Assembly (NCBI GenBank): GCA_002104905.1
Contig: MCFE01000649.1
Coordinates: forward strand, 1 to 49,915
Length of the DNA stretch: 49,915 nt
From: Basidiobolus meristosporus CBS 931.73
Lineage: Eukaryota > Fungi > Basidiobolomycota
Direction: 5' to 3'
Below the pieces are notes generated by a model that was not told where the DNA came from, searched no databases, and was given only the letters and a program-made list of their open reading frames with translations. Position 1 is the stretch's first letter. The number at the start of each line of letters is the position of its first letter. Position numbers and translations under genes: made by a program. This document shows positions 34,757 to 47,331 of this stretch, one piece after another.

Positions 34757-35977
34757 TTAGTGATGTGTGCTAGAAGATTGCTTAGGGAATATGTCTGCAA
34801 TCATTTCATCTGCAGGACAGTAGGCTAAGTTAACAAAGTTATTCTCTATAGCTTCACATATGGAGCGATGTCTAATATCTATGTGCTTAGTTTTAGCATG
34901 AAAAGGCGGATTTCTACTCAATTGCATACATCTTTGATCATTGTGAAATAATGTAGTAGAGGTTTTTTGACATAAGCCTAAGCCTTTAAAGTGCTTTCTT
35001 AGCCACATTGCTTCTTTTGTAATCTCTCAGACTGCCATATACTCTGCCTTGGTGGTTGAAAGTGCTATGGTTGGGTGCTTCATTGATTTCATGAAATTGC
35101 TCCTTTACAGTAAAGAATGGTGTAGCATGTGGTAGATTTCCTGTCTTCAAAATCTGATCCCCAAACAGCATCATAGTATTCCAGAAGATCCTGTTCTAAA
35201 TCTTTGTGGGTGTAATATAAGCTGATATCAGCAGTTTCTTTTCAAGGTATCAAAAAATCCACTTAACTGCTACAGTATGCTCAGATCCATAGTTCTGATT
35301 ATGCTGGAAGACAACTCCTACCAAATATAGGATATCTGTAAATGTTGCTGGCATTTTATACATGAAGCTGCCAGCCATAGATTGGTAACAGAAGTTTGGG
35401 CTTTGCAATAACACTAAGCCCTCTTGATTTAGGTGAGTTTTGACCAAGTCAAGGTTGGTTTCCATTACAATGGCTGCTGGTCTACAGTATTCTATCTAAT
35501 ACTTTTCAAGTGTTTCTTGGATATACTTGGATTGATTTAAGGTGATGGTCTGGGTACTTGGTATATGGTGCACTGCATTCCTTAGTGGGTAACTGAGCTC
35601 TCCTATATTGGATATTTTGAGCTCCTTAGATAGGCTAAATTCAGCTACTGCCGCTGTTTTTTGGTCTTTGGCATCTATTACAAGATCATCCATACATAGA
35701 GCAAATAAAGTGAATTTGCTATATCTGGCTCATAGGCAATACTATAGTCAGCAATACATCTCTGGGAACCCAGGAATTCTGAATAAGGATCCATCTTTCA
35801 GATCCTGGCTCTTGGCAATAGTTTGAGGCCATAGAGATATTTTGTGCTAGCAGACCTACTGGGGGGTTAACTTGGTGAACAAACCACTGGGATGGCTTAT
35901 GTACCTACTCTTATTAAGACCCACACTGGAAAATGCTGCTTTTAGATCTATTCAGTGGATAAAAAACTATAGTTGGG
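34757..35977 (-). pseudogene. Degenerate Copia RT-RNase H
   Basis: FHAKTKHIDIRH...EMIADIF, METNLDLVK..., colinear with 19779-21050. Confidence 0.85.
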
Positions 35978-36627
35978 TGTTGTGAATCAGCTGTCAAGAA
36001 AATGCCACATCATCATAAAAGTTGCAACAGTCAAACTTTTGCACTGATGGTCTTTTTTGATCCTCTAATAGCTGGTCTGTTGAATCTAATCTCATCACTG
36101 TCCAACTTATTTCTAACTTTTGTCTAGCAGCAACTAAGCAGTTACTATCCTAAGGCCCCAGTCTATCACTGCAACTCAGGTGAAAATTATTTCACTAAAT
36201 GGCTCATTACATTCAATCTACAGTTGCCAATTGCATTCCAATATAATTGAAGTAGTATTCAAATAGCTTGGTGCTGACTAGTTCACTTTGCTTTGAGAGC
36301 TGTAGATGGAGAGTACTGAGCCCTTTAGTTTAGAGTGTTGTTCAACAACAGGAACTTCTAAGTGTATTTTCAGAGAAATTACTCACTTGAGTTTTTCCTT
36401 CTAGCCTAGTCAATCTAGTTGCTTAAGAACACAAAGCCTGACCTGCCTAGCGTATCCACATCTGTCATTTTTGTAGCAAGCTCCTGCTGTATATTGCCCT
36501 GATACTTTCACAAGCTACTTTGCTGATATTATCTCATTAACCAAACAGCTTTTACTCCCTTCACTTAACTGTTCATTGTTGTGAATGCTTTGCATCCAAA
36601 GCTTGAATATTTCTCATGGAGACAGCA
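35978..36627. mobile_element. Second, more decayed copy of the ~650-bp LTR family (right end approximate)
   Basis: Starts TGTTGTGAATCA (cf. TGTTGTGCATCA at 24523); internal blocks align with 24900-25198; TSD not recovered. Confidence 0.5.
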
Positions 36628-37250
36628 TTTTTTCCAATGATTGCTATTACACTCACTCTTTACAATTTACACAATCCTCCCACATAAGTGTTGAAAAGAT
36701 TTCTAGTTCCACAAAAATATTCACCCAGCTTAGTCAGTTAGAACATTACCTAAAAGTCTTAGAGAACACTGACCAAATTCCTGGTCAGGATCTGCTTAGA
36801 ATACTTTCACCAAGATATCAGGTACTCAGAACAAAAATATTCTCAAAGTGAACTAAATAGCCTCTAACTTTGCACACATGCTCTTGGGACATTCATAAAC
36901 TTATTTTACATGTTTCTTATGGCAAGACCATTGAAAAGTATAAATACTACTTCTACATTTGAGAAATCATTAAGTTAAAACCTCATAATCTACATGTTCT
37001 CCTGATTGCTTCCAATATCTCCAAGACTCTTACAACAGGTTATGATCCCCAAGATGTCATTCCTGGGAGTGTCTATCATTGCAACTACTGGAACTTTTTC
37101 TCTGCTGAAAAATTGGATGGATCTAACCTCTAAGTGTGCAAGGTGAAGACCAAGATAATGCTACAAAAAGGAGGCCTTTGGATATTGTCATAGGAGATGA
37201 ATTCCCACCTAAAGGTGTGGCAGAGGAAGCCTTAAAGTACCAGAGGAAAC

Positions 37251-37597
37251 TGCTGTAAGAGTCTTGGAGATACTGGAAGTGATTGGGAGTACAAGTAGAT
37301 TATGTGGTTTTCACTAAATGTTTTATTGAATGTAAAGTAGTATTTATACTTGTACATGGTCTTGGTATCACAAGCACATAGAATAGGTTAAGGAAGGTCC
37401 CAATAACATGTGCGCAAAGTTTGGGGCTGATTGAACAACTTTGAGAATTTTCATGTTCTGGGTACCTGGTATTTTAGTGAAAATATTCTAAGTAAATCCC
37501 AGCCAGGAATTTGGTCAGTATTCTCTAGGATTTGAAGGTAATGATCTAAGTGACTAAGTTAGGTGAATATTAGGTGGAATTACAAATTTTTACTGCA
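37251..37597 (-). mobile_element. Copia solo LTR, antisense in gag
   Basis: Perfect GAAAC TSD; aligns with 23755-24104. Confidence 0.92.
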
Positions 37598-37917
37598 GAA
37601 ACAACAAAGTATCTTCAACTGCATCTGCCTTAATTTTCAACACCTATTGCTAAATCAATGCTCAAGAGCAAAAAATGCAAAGAGTGTCTGGAAGGCATTC
37701 AAAGACACCTATCAGTTATACTCAGCTGCTAAGAAAATGTACCATAGATGGAAAATCTTTATTGCAACGATGCTGCCAGGCGAAGAAATGAAACTCTAAT
37801 CAACATAATTACCCTGTTGGTTGATGAGATGGAATATATTTGCACACCAACTACTGATGAGGATGTGATAGCTACCATCCACAATAGCCTGGCAGACAGG
37901 TTTCAGGAGCTTGTATC

Positions 37918-38265
37918 TGTTGTAAGAGTCTTGGAGATGTTAGAAGTGATTGGGAGGACAAGTAGACTATGTGGTTTTCACTAAATGATTTATTGAATGT
38001 AAAAGTAGTATTTATACTTTTACATGGTCATGGCATGCCAAACACGTAGAATAGGTTAAGAAAGGTCCCAAGAGCATGTGTGCAAATTTTGGGGCTGTTT
38101 GGACAACTCTGCAAATTTTCATGTTCTGGGTACCTTGCTTTTGGTGAGAATATTCTAAGTAAATCCTGAAAAGGAATTTGGTCAGTATTCTCTAGGATTT
38201 GAAGGTAATGATCTAAGCAACTAAGTTAGATGAATATCTAAGTGAAATTATGAATTTTTACAACA
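37918..38265 (-). mobile_element. Copia solo LTR, antisense in gag
   Basis: Perfect GTATC TSD; TGTTGTAA...TTACAACA. Confidence 0.95.
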
Positions 38266-38483
38266 GTATCAGCCCTAGAGTCCACAACTGAAGATTAGTC
38301 ATTAAATCACATAGATGTAAGGCTCCTGGGTGAAGGATTAAGAAAGTTAAGCATCCATGAGAAGAAAGTAGAAAATGCTACAATAGGCAATGACAAATAA
38401 CAAAGGAGGAACTCAGGACCCTCCAAGGGCAACAGCAATCTGTTTTGCAGCTGTTGCCAAAGAAAAGGATACACATCAGACAG

Positions 38484-40392
38484 GTGCTTAGGGGAGGGAA
38501 AGTCACCAAGTTGGTGAAATCTTTATTTGAGTTAAGAAATAATCTAAGTACAAATAAAGAAGCCAATTAAGAGGTCTAGAACCTCTCTAATAAGTAATCT
38601 AATTTATGTTTGGTTTCATCTCTAATGTTTGTTTCAACAAAGTAAAGCTCATCAGGGGTAAATATAAAATTCAGGGGTTTTGGGGGAAGTACAAATTGTA
38701 GATGTTTCTGATCCATATAATCCAAGACTGGAGCCCAGCCTGGGATTAGGTGTAGTAGGAAAGGTGTGTGGACTTGTAAGTAGCTCTGCCACATAGATCT
38801 TAGATGGTCCTGAGCCAGTAGTCTTGGTTTCTCAGCTTTTTGAAGTTTTGAAGCAAGCTCTGTTAATACAGCAGAGCCAACCAGGGTGTGCCAGCAAGAA
38901 GATTTCAGGGAGGAGTTAGATTGAAGCCATTGTTTGATGGGGGGGGGTTATGTAATTTCTGAAGTTTGACTAGGAAGGAAGCACAGAGATAGACCATTTG
39001 GATTTGGTATGGGTAGAACCCAAAGGCTCCATTAGTTGCATGGATATAGGGAGATACTGGAAGATAAGGTACCAAGGATCTGATACACTGATGGAGAAAT
39101 TTATCCAGGTGGTGAAGTTCTCTGGAGGTTAGGTATAAAATGTGGAGACCAAGCTCAAGTACTGGCAGTACATACTGCTTCAGAAGTATAGGGATCTTTT
39201 GAATTGGAGTGTCTGGAGTGACTACTACCAGAAGCTTTTTGAGAGCCTGTTGTGCAAGACAGATCCTATTATTCAGGTGAAGCTTTGAGTCAATCCCATT
39301 TTGACAAAACGGCAGACCTAGATATATTGCAGTTTGTTGTGGCAGAATGCTAGTGTTCTGTATAGTTGTAGTGCACCCAATTGGGACTGTCTTGAAAATT
39401 GAGAGTGAGAGGTTGTTGGCAGCCAAGTACTTCTCAATGATGGCAGTGTCTGCTATGGGATTAGGAGTTGCAATCTTGATATTGTCCACATAGAGAGTTA
39501 GTAGTGGATAGGGAGTGTCTGGTGAGGGGCCTTTTGGAAACAAAGGAAAGTTGTGTAGGAATATCACAAATAGTAAGGGACCAAGTACAGATCCTTGGAC
39601 TACTCCATTTGGAACCTCATAAGTCTCTGATGTGCAACTTGGACGCAAAATTTTGGCTGAGTTCTCACAAAATAGAGAACGTACAAGAAGGGTCATTGGT
39701 AGTGTGGTAACTGCTGATAGCTTTCTCCAAAGCAGAGCTCTGTCCACAGAGTCAAAGGCTTTAGTAATGTCAAACAGAATGGTTGGCAATGAGAATTGAA
39801 GTGAATGATCATGGCTTAGCACTACAGCCATATCCAAGGAGAGTTTGGGCAAGAGGCCATACTAAGAAGGATGGAATGGCTATAGTTGAGATTGCAAGGA
39901 TCTTGCTATTATAAGCTCAAAGATTTTCTGGCAGGTTGGTAGGAGTGAAACAGGCCGGTAAGAACCTGGGAGTGAGTGTTTCCCCTTTCCTTTGTATAAG
40001 GGTATTACATTTGCCTGTGACCAGGCCTTTGGGGTAGTCAATTGTTGGGCACAGATAGAGTAGAATGGGATAAGTAAGTGACTCATTTTAGAGTGGCACA
40101 CCCAGAGTAGATTGTAGGTAATCAAGTCATGTCCAGGTGCAGTATTTGCAGGAAGCTTCTTTAAAATTTTCTCCAGAAGCTTGGCTGAAATCAAAATTGG
40201 AGATGTTGGACTGCTGGATATGTTACCAGTATGGTAGAAAGGAGGAGTGGGATGCACGGTGTGGTGGTGTATAAGTCCAAAGGGCAAAATATGGCCAACA
40301 CTTCTCAAGTATGAATGTGTGTGGGGTGTTCACTGGGTGCAATAGCCGCTGGCAAAAGCTTGCTAGGAATACTGGGTCTTTGTCTAATCTAA
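38484..40392 (-). mobile_element. Non-LTR (LINE-type) retrotransposon, family B, 5'-truncated, frameshifted
   Basis: APGHDLIT, YRPVSLLPT, LFDITKAFDSVDR, GVVQGSVLGPLLF, LYVDNI, YLG; C-terminal WQSYLQVHTPF block; 3' hairpin plus CCCTAA. Confidence 0.88.
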
Positions 40393-43300
40393 TGTGAAGG
40401 GGGATAAAGCCTCAAGCTTGTCAAGGGAAAACTATTGGACTACAATCCCCAACTTAGTTGGCGTCTTAACAAAAGTTTATAATGGCTTTGATGTCCTTTG
40501 AGATGACAATGTACTAAAGCTTCCAAAGTCAAAACAACTGTAAACTCCACCAACAGGGACTTGATAAGAATGCAGCTTTGACCAATAGTTACAAAGACTG
40601 AAGAGTATCTTTGCCTGTACAAGAACAAACTTGGGAAAACAAACAAATATAATAAAATATACCTACTCTGAGTATTCCTCACAAGCAGTGCCTCCAAGGT
40701 CAGTTGGCTGTCAGCGTGGTTTCCTGGGAGTATTGTCAGGTCTGAGTCAGAAAATAGTGGTAATAGGCAGTGGTGATCTAACTAATCAATAAGTTGGAAT
40801 ATTGGAACAGGGAAGATTTATTTTAAGGGATAGCCTCCCTTATATACTTTTTTGCTGCTCAAATTCTTGCTAGAAAATACTTTCCGGAAGTTTCCAGAAG
40901 GTAGTAGACAGCCAATCATGTCATTGTGTACTAAAAATAGCACAAATTCTTGGCGGATTGCTCCATGAGACATAGTAGCACCTAGCCAATCAGGTAGTGG
41001 CAATATGAAACCCCTGTGTCATGTGGTTGCCTCTTATGGTAGTAGGATAGGTGGGTTATGAAACCAAGACAGTCACATGACATGGGCACTGTTGGGGTAC
41101 TTGCCTTATATGGTAACTATCTTATCTTGGCATCTTGGCAAGGAATAAGAATAGCTTGTGCAATGGGTTAATAGTGACAAATAGTTTGTCAGGTTGCATA
41201 GTAATAATCACATAGACAAAAATAGGAAATATTGCAAATTTGGGATGATACTAATATAGGAGGGTAATCCTTTTTAGGGAAGTGAACGTATGAGAATGAG
41301 CATATCTGCCTGTGGGTGTCACTGTGACCCCACTACATCCACCCCCTCTCAGCTTTGAAGTCAGGTCAAAGCAAATAAATAATAAATGGGCCAGACCACT
41401 TATTGTCAAATTTGCTACTCCACTGCTTGTCTAAAGTGGAATTGTAGAGCTGTACTGGATCTCCTTGCAGTAATGGCTTTGGTCTAAGGCTATGTGACTT
41501 GTCAAATGGTTCCTTGTTCTGAAGTCTTGTCTCTTTGAGCTTAGCAGCTGCTTGGGTAATATCAAGTTCATGGTAATCAAGCTGTTTGATGCGTGTAGTC
41601 AGTAGTTCTTCTGTACTCATTGTAGTCCTCTACTCTAGCATGTTCCAGGATGTTGAGTCAATCTCTATGGGAAGAACGCAATTGTGTCCATAAAGCAATT
41701 TGAATGGAGATAGGCCTGTGCTGCGTTTTGTAGTGATTCTATCTGCCCAGAGTGCTAGATGAAGTTGTCTAGGCCACTGTAGTGTCATGTTGTTGCAGCT
41801 CTTGACTAGGGAGCTAGCAAACTGGCCATGGCCTCTTTCAACCATTCCATTGGCCTGTGGGTGATAAGCGGTGGTGAAAGCAATATGAATCTTGTGTTGT
41901 GAGCAGAGTTCCTGGATCAAATTTGAGGTCATTTCTCCTTGGTCAGCAACAAACTGCCTGATGCAGCCAAATCTGCATATTATATCTTCAAGAATAAATC
42001 TCCATCTGGTGTGGCTTTTGTTATTGGATAGAGCTTGAGCTTCTACCCACCCACTCAGATCATCTCTGGCAACAACAAGGTAATTCTTGGTTCCAGCAGT
42101 TGGCATGTGGACCAGGTCAATGCCAACCTTCTGCCATAGACAAGGTGTGTAGGTTGGATGGAGCAGCTCCTCATATCTCTTGGTTGACCTTCTTTGGCAA
42201 ATGTCACAAGATTCAACAAAGTGTTGGACATCATGATACATATGCTCCCAGTAGTATCTACTGGAAACAACATTGTAAGTGGCATCTCTGCCTCTATGAC
42301 CACCAGGTCTTACTTCATGAAGGCTTGACATAATAGTCAGTTGTTCCTGGGGCTCAACTCTCTTGGTGTCTGTCCAGGCTTTACTCATTTGAAGACAAGG
42401 CCATCCTTTATGTAGAAATGATGGGCCTTCTTCCTGAGCTTTCTGAAGTCATGTGGGCTCATTCCTGGTGGCTTCTCTAAGGTTCTCAGATAGTCTTAAA
42501 TGGTGTCCCATGTAGAGTTGCTGGGCTTCTTCACATGTAGTTGTTGGATTTCTGCATCAATTATGTCATCAAAGTCAGGGTCCATATCTTCAGACAGCTT
42601 TGGTCCCTTCCTGGAGAGTGCATCAGCCACAACATTTGTCTTGCCAGGGATATGTCTGACCTCTAAGTCAGACATTTTCAGCCATGCCATCCACCAATTT
42701 GTGGCATCATCAGGTATGTAAGGCTTGCAGCTCATTCCTATAAGTGGCTTGGCATCTGTCTCCAGGACAAAATGTGTCATGTAGAGTTGTGACTTCAGCT
42801 TCCTCAGCATTTTCACAACTCCTAGTAGCTCTTGCTTAGTTTGTGAGTATCTTTGTTCTCTAGGAGAGCAGAGGCAGCTCTCATATATGCAGGCATAGCT
42901 GTTGCCATCTTCATCATCTTGGCCAAGTAGAGCTCCAGCTCCTATAGGGCTTGCATTCACTGTCAAGAGAGGTGGGCATTCAGTGTTCTGGTAGTCAAGA
43001 GGTCTTAGAACCGGTGGAGATACTAAGGCCTCTTTTAGTAATTGCATGGCTTCTGCATGCTCTTCTCCCCAGATAAATGGGGTATTTTTTCTCTGTGGTT
43101 GGTAGATTGGTTCTGCTATCCCAGAAAATCTTGGGATCCAGATCCTAAAGAGCCCACAGGCTGCTACAAAGCTGTGAGCTTGTGTTAGATTTGTGGGGGT
43201 AGGCCAGTTGCATATCTTTTGTGTCTTGGGGTCTCCAGGTTAACAACCAAAGGTGTTGCATTTTTGTCCAACAATGGATATCTCTGATACACCAAAGCTG

Positions 43301-45820
43301 CTTTTCTCACCACTGATGGTGAGTCCAGCTTCTTCAATGGCTCCTAATATGACATCATTGTCTGTAATATGGTCATAGACAAACTTTCTTACTCCAGGCA
43401 TAACTTCAGTTGTGTCCCGGAGTTTTGGTCCTTTGATGCCTATGTCATCAACAAAGACAGCAAGTTTCTCAGGTATAAACTTGTAGAGCACATTCACCAT
43501 GCATCTCTGGAACTGAACCATGGAGTTTGTTGCCCCTTGGCTGAGTCTTGTCATTCTTAACAGTCCAAATGGTATCTGGAGTACAAACATATCTCTTGAT
43601 GTCTCATCAAGGGGGATCTGGTCATATCCTGAGTAGAGATCATATGTTGAGTAGATGGAGTGACCACTAAAGCTCTCTGCAAAGTCATCAATAGATGGAG
43701 GTATTGCGGTATCTCTGATAGTGACAGCATTTGCAGGTTGCATGTCTTGAATGAATTGGAGCTTTCCATTCTTCTTTTTGGTCACAAACCATTTGTTAGC
43801 ATAAGGTCCATGGCATGGTTCTAGGATACCAGCTTCAATCTTCTTCCTAACTAGGTCATGCACATCAGCTTGGAGTCCTCTAGGCTGTGGGTAAGGCTTA
43901 AATGACCAGGGTGTGTGGGGCACAATATGAATCTTGATAGGTTTTCTAACGATGTCTTTAAGAGTCCCATCTCCTTGTTGTTATATGAGAAAACCTTACC
44001 ATGCCTTCTCATGGTTTCTACATATAGTAAGTTCTCCTCCAGTGTTAGGTTTCCATCACCAATGATAAGTTGCTTAAGTCTCTCAGGTGTATGTTGTATA
44101 TCTTCTGGTGTTCCTTCTGGTGGTCTGATGTAATCAGCAGGTTGAGATCCATCAGTTAAAGGTGTATGTGATGGTCTAATCTTCTGTTCTACTGTCTTGT
44201 ATTTTGTGCAAACCATAGCTGTCTGCTCCTGTGTACCTAATGAGCAGCTCCAGCTGTTGGGGTGTATATTGCCAGGCTCCTCATCTTCTTCTATAACAAG
44301 ATGTGTCTTCTGGCAAGTGGAATGTGTCCTCTTATTGTTGGGTGTTACCCCACAGAACGTTGACTGTAGTCCTGGGTTGGATCCTTGTATAGCGTACCAT
44401 ACTGACCCATCAGAATAGTTTGTAGTTGTAGCCTTAGTACTGGTCTCCCATGGTCTGCCTAACAGAAGGTCAAAGTTTGCCTTCTGGCAGATAAAGAGGG
44501 GAAGCCAGACCTTGATACCTTGTACCTCAATAGGGAACTTGTGCACTACACCATAGAGTGGGCTAGATCCTGAGTTTGCATCAGTCATGTTCCATCCAAT
44601 ATCTCTATCAACAGGCAGTAGCTCCTTGCTTCCAAGTGTCTTCCAGAAGTCTAGTGGCATAACACAAATCTCCAAACCAAGGTCAATATGGCAGTCAACA
44701 AGGTCATCATATATATACCCTTTCACCACAGCAGTTGCAACTGAGTAAATGGTCTTATATTTGGTAGTGTTGTCATCCTTTTTGTGGTCTTCATGGTTTG
44801 TCTGGACTATATGGGTGTCCATATGCTCAGCAGCTTGTCTTCTTGTTCTAAGCTGCTCATCAAAGGGCTTCCTAACAGACGGTGATACACTCATGATTTC
44901 TCCAACCAACAAAGTGAGGTTCTACCTCAGCAGTTTCTCAGTAATCAGTTGAGGGCTTGAGTAGCCTGCAATCTTTGAGGTAATCTGAAAGTGAGGCAAT
45001 GGGTCTTGGGTGGGCAGTGTTCCAGGCCTCTTGTCAATGATAACCTCAGGCTCTTCAAATCGTGGTCTTCTAAGGATGGGCTTGACAGGTTCTTCAGGAA
45101 GGTGTCTCTTAGTAGCAAAGGTGTCTACTTCATATTTTCTGTTGTCAGGGCTGTTTGGGCTCACTGTATGAGTCTCAATAGGGGCATCAACAGTAATCTT
45201 TCTAGTTGCTGAGTCAGACTTCTGGAAAAGGGCTCTCATTCCGCCTCTTTGGAAATGCGTGGGAATCCTTTTTCCTTCCTTATCAGCAAGCATTCCATCA
45301 GCATCAAACTGTACTGTTCCTTCTCTAAGTAGCTGGCTAAGCTCTGAGTATTCTTGTCCAGCATGCTGAGTAGAGTCACACCAAATGCAGTGTCTAGGCA
45401 AAGGTCTTTGGTCCTCAGTGGCTACCTCAGCTGAGCCATTAATCTTGAGGGCTAGCTTTTGTAGCTGTTCAGCAAGTTGGTCAATTCTGTTGGTAGTGTA
45501 GCTCTGATTGTCAGCAACAGCACTATTTAGCTCCTGGGTTGGCTTGTCTGGCAGATTAGATGTCAGGAGTCTCATAAAGGTAGAAGTTTGCTTTGCCTCT
45601 AGGAGTACTCGTTTCATCTCTGCAAAGCAAGGAATGCCAGACTTATCATCCTTGGCTGCATGTAAGTCAACTTTCCTTGCCAATTCCTGGGGAAGCCCTT
45701 GTGCAAGGTAAAGTGTCATTGTAAACTCAGTTATAGCCTGGGACTCTAGGAGTGGCTTGGCCATATCTTCATACTGTTGAATGAACTCTTCAAGTGGTAG
45801 CTTGGAGCACATTGTCTGCT
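40393..45820 (-). mobile_element. Decayed Ty3/Gypsy: 3' LTR (~40393-41337), PPT, integrase, RNase H, RT, protease, partial gag; 5' part missing
   Basis: PPT TGAGAGGGGGTGGGA then TGTAG; HPQANGMVERG; YDLYSGYDQI, QGATNS, FVDDI; LLLGRPW; CIWCDSTQH; left LTR edge approximate. Confidence 0.92.
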
Positions 45821-45825
45821 CATAT

Positions 45826-47310
45826 AGTGGGGGAGACAGTCACCAACAGGTGAAGTCTTTATTTCAGTTGAAACAAAGAAGCCAGTGCTACTGTTGTAGC
45901 TTTGAGACAAGAGTGTGTAGCTGAGGGGAATTTGTAGGTAAGTTAATAAGAAGTGATGATAGTTCTTCAGTGCTCAAGACACTGTTCAGTGGGAAGGGGG
46001 GTAGCAAGAGAGGTAAGAATGACTTGTGAACAACATTAATGAGGGGAATGTGATAAGGATTGATATTCATCATAAAGGGAGTGTGCTGCTGCAGATATTG
46101 CTGCCAAAGGTCTGTCAAGTACTTCAGGTAGGCCAGCTTGGGTTTTCCTGACTGCAGAATAAATTGAGCAAACTTCTGGACTTCAGGATCTCCAATTATA
46201 GTTCTCCAGCAGGAGCCAGGTGTTGTGTGGTGTGTTCTCTTCCAGGCCTTAATCAGTGGGTTGTTGCAGTTGTGAAGTCTGAGGTATAATCTGGTTCAAA
46301 GGTAGAGAAGTCTGATCTAACAGGGCATAAACCCAAAAGCACCAAGAGTAGCATGTCTGTAGGGGCATTCAGGCAAATGAGGCACCAAGGAGGTAATGCA
46401 CCATACTGCAAACTTGTCAAGCTTAGTGCAGTCTCTAGAAGTAAGAGAGAGAAGTGGTAAGCCAAATTCCAGGACAGGGAAGACAAACTGCTTGAGTAGA
46501 AGGAGGCAGCTGGGAGCTGAAGTGGTAGGAGGAGTAACAGCCAGTAGCTTGTGGAGTGCCTGTCTTGCCAGGATAATTCTCTTCTTCAGGTGTGCTCCAG
46601 AGTCTAGTCCAGTAGGAAGGGAAGGAAAGCCAAGATATGTAGCAGAAACCTGAGCAGGTAGAGTGGAGTTCTCCAAGTTGATGGGAGAGCCCAAAGGTAC
46701 TGTCTTTGCAATGGAAAGCTGGAGATTATTCTTCTGCAGATACTGGTGGATGGTCTGGGAGTCTTGTTGCACATTGGAGGAGGATATTCTGATGTCATCA
46801 GCCAAGAGAGTAAACAGGCAGTTGGCTGAGAGTCTTGGGAAATCATTCAGGAAGATGGCAAATAGTATAGGACCAAGCACAAAGCCTTGAACCACTCCAT
46901 TAGGAACTGAGAACACAGATGATTGCTCACTTGGGTGCAGAATTCTTGCTTGTGGATCCAGAAATAGAGACCTGACAAGGAGGGTGAGAGAGGTACCGGA
47001 GAAGCATTGCAACTTGGACCAAGGCAGATTTCTGTCAACTGAATCAAAGGCCTTAGTAATATCAAACAGAACAGAGGGATACTTGCACTGGAGAGAGTGA
47101 TCTTGGCTAAGTATGACTGCATATTCCAAGGAGAGGCCAGGAACAAAGCCAAACTGTGCAGGATGAAACTTGAGGGAGTCAGAGTAGAGCTCCTGAGCAA
47201 GCAGAAGTGCAGACATGGCCTTGGTACTAGTCTTCAGAAGCTCATAAGAGATTGTGTCCACACCTGGAGCAGTAGAGTTGGGAAGCCTCTTGAGCACATT
47301 ATTGATTCTC
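45826..47310 (-). mobile_element. LINE family A, copy 1: 5'-truncated, with an internal 162-bp in-frame deletion
   Basis: RT ORF 46317-47297 (QFGF, KAFDSVD, GVVQGFVLGP, LADDI); colinear with 48124-49770. Confidence 0.9.
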
Positions 47311-47328
47311 AGGGTTAGGGTTAGGGTT
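47311..47328 (+). repeat. Interstitial telomeric tract, 3 TTAGGG units
   Basis: AGGGTTAGGGTTAGGGTT begins exactly where LINE homology ends. Confidence 0.9.
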
Positions 47329-47331
47329 CTA

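Larger units (their letters stand above)
36689..38487 (+). mobile_element. Copia 5' LTR (36689-37037), PBS and decayed gag, broken by two solo LTRs and cut by a LINE
   Basis: LTR ends TTACAACA followed by GGTTATGATCCC; gag colinear with the intact element up to the zinc knuckle. Confidence 0.88.
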
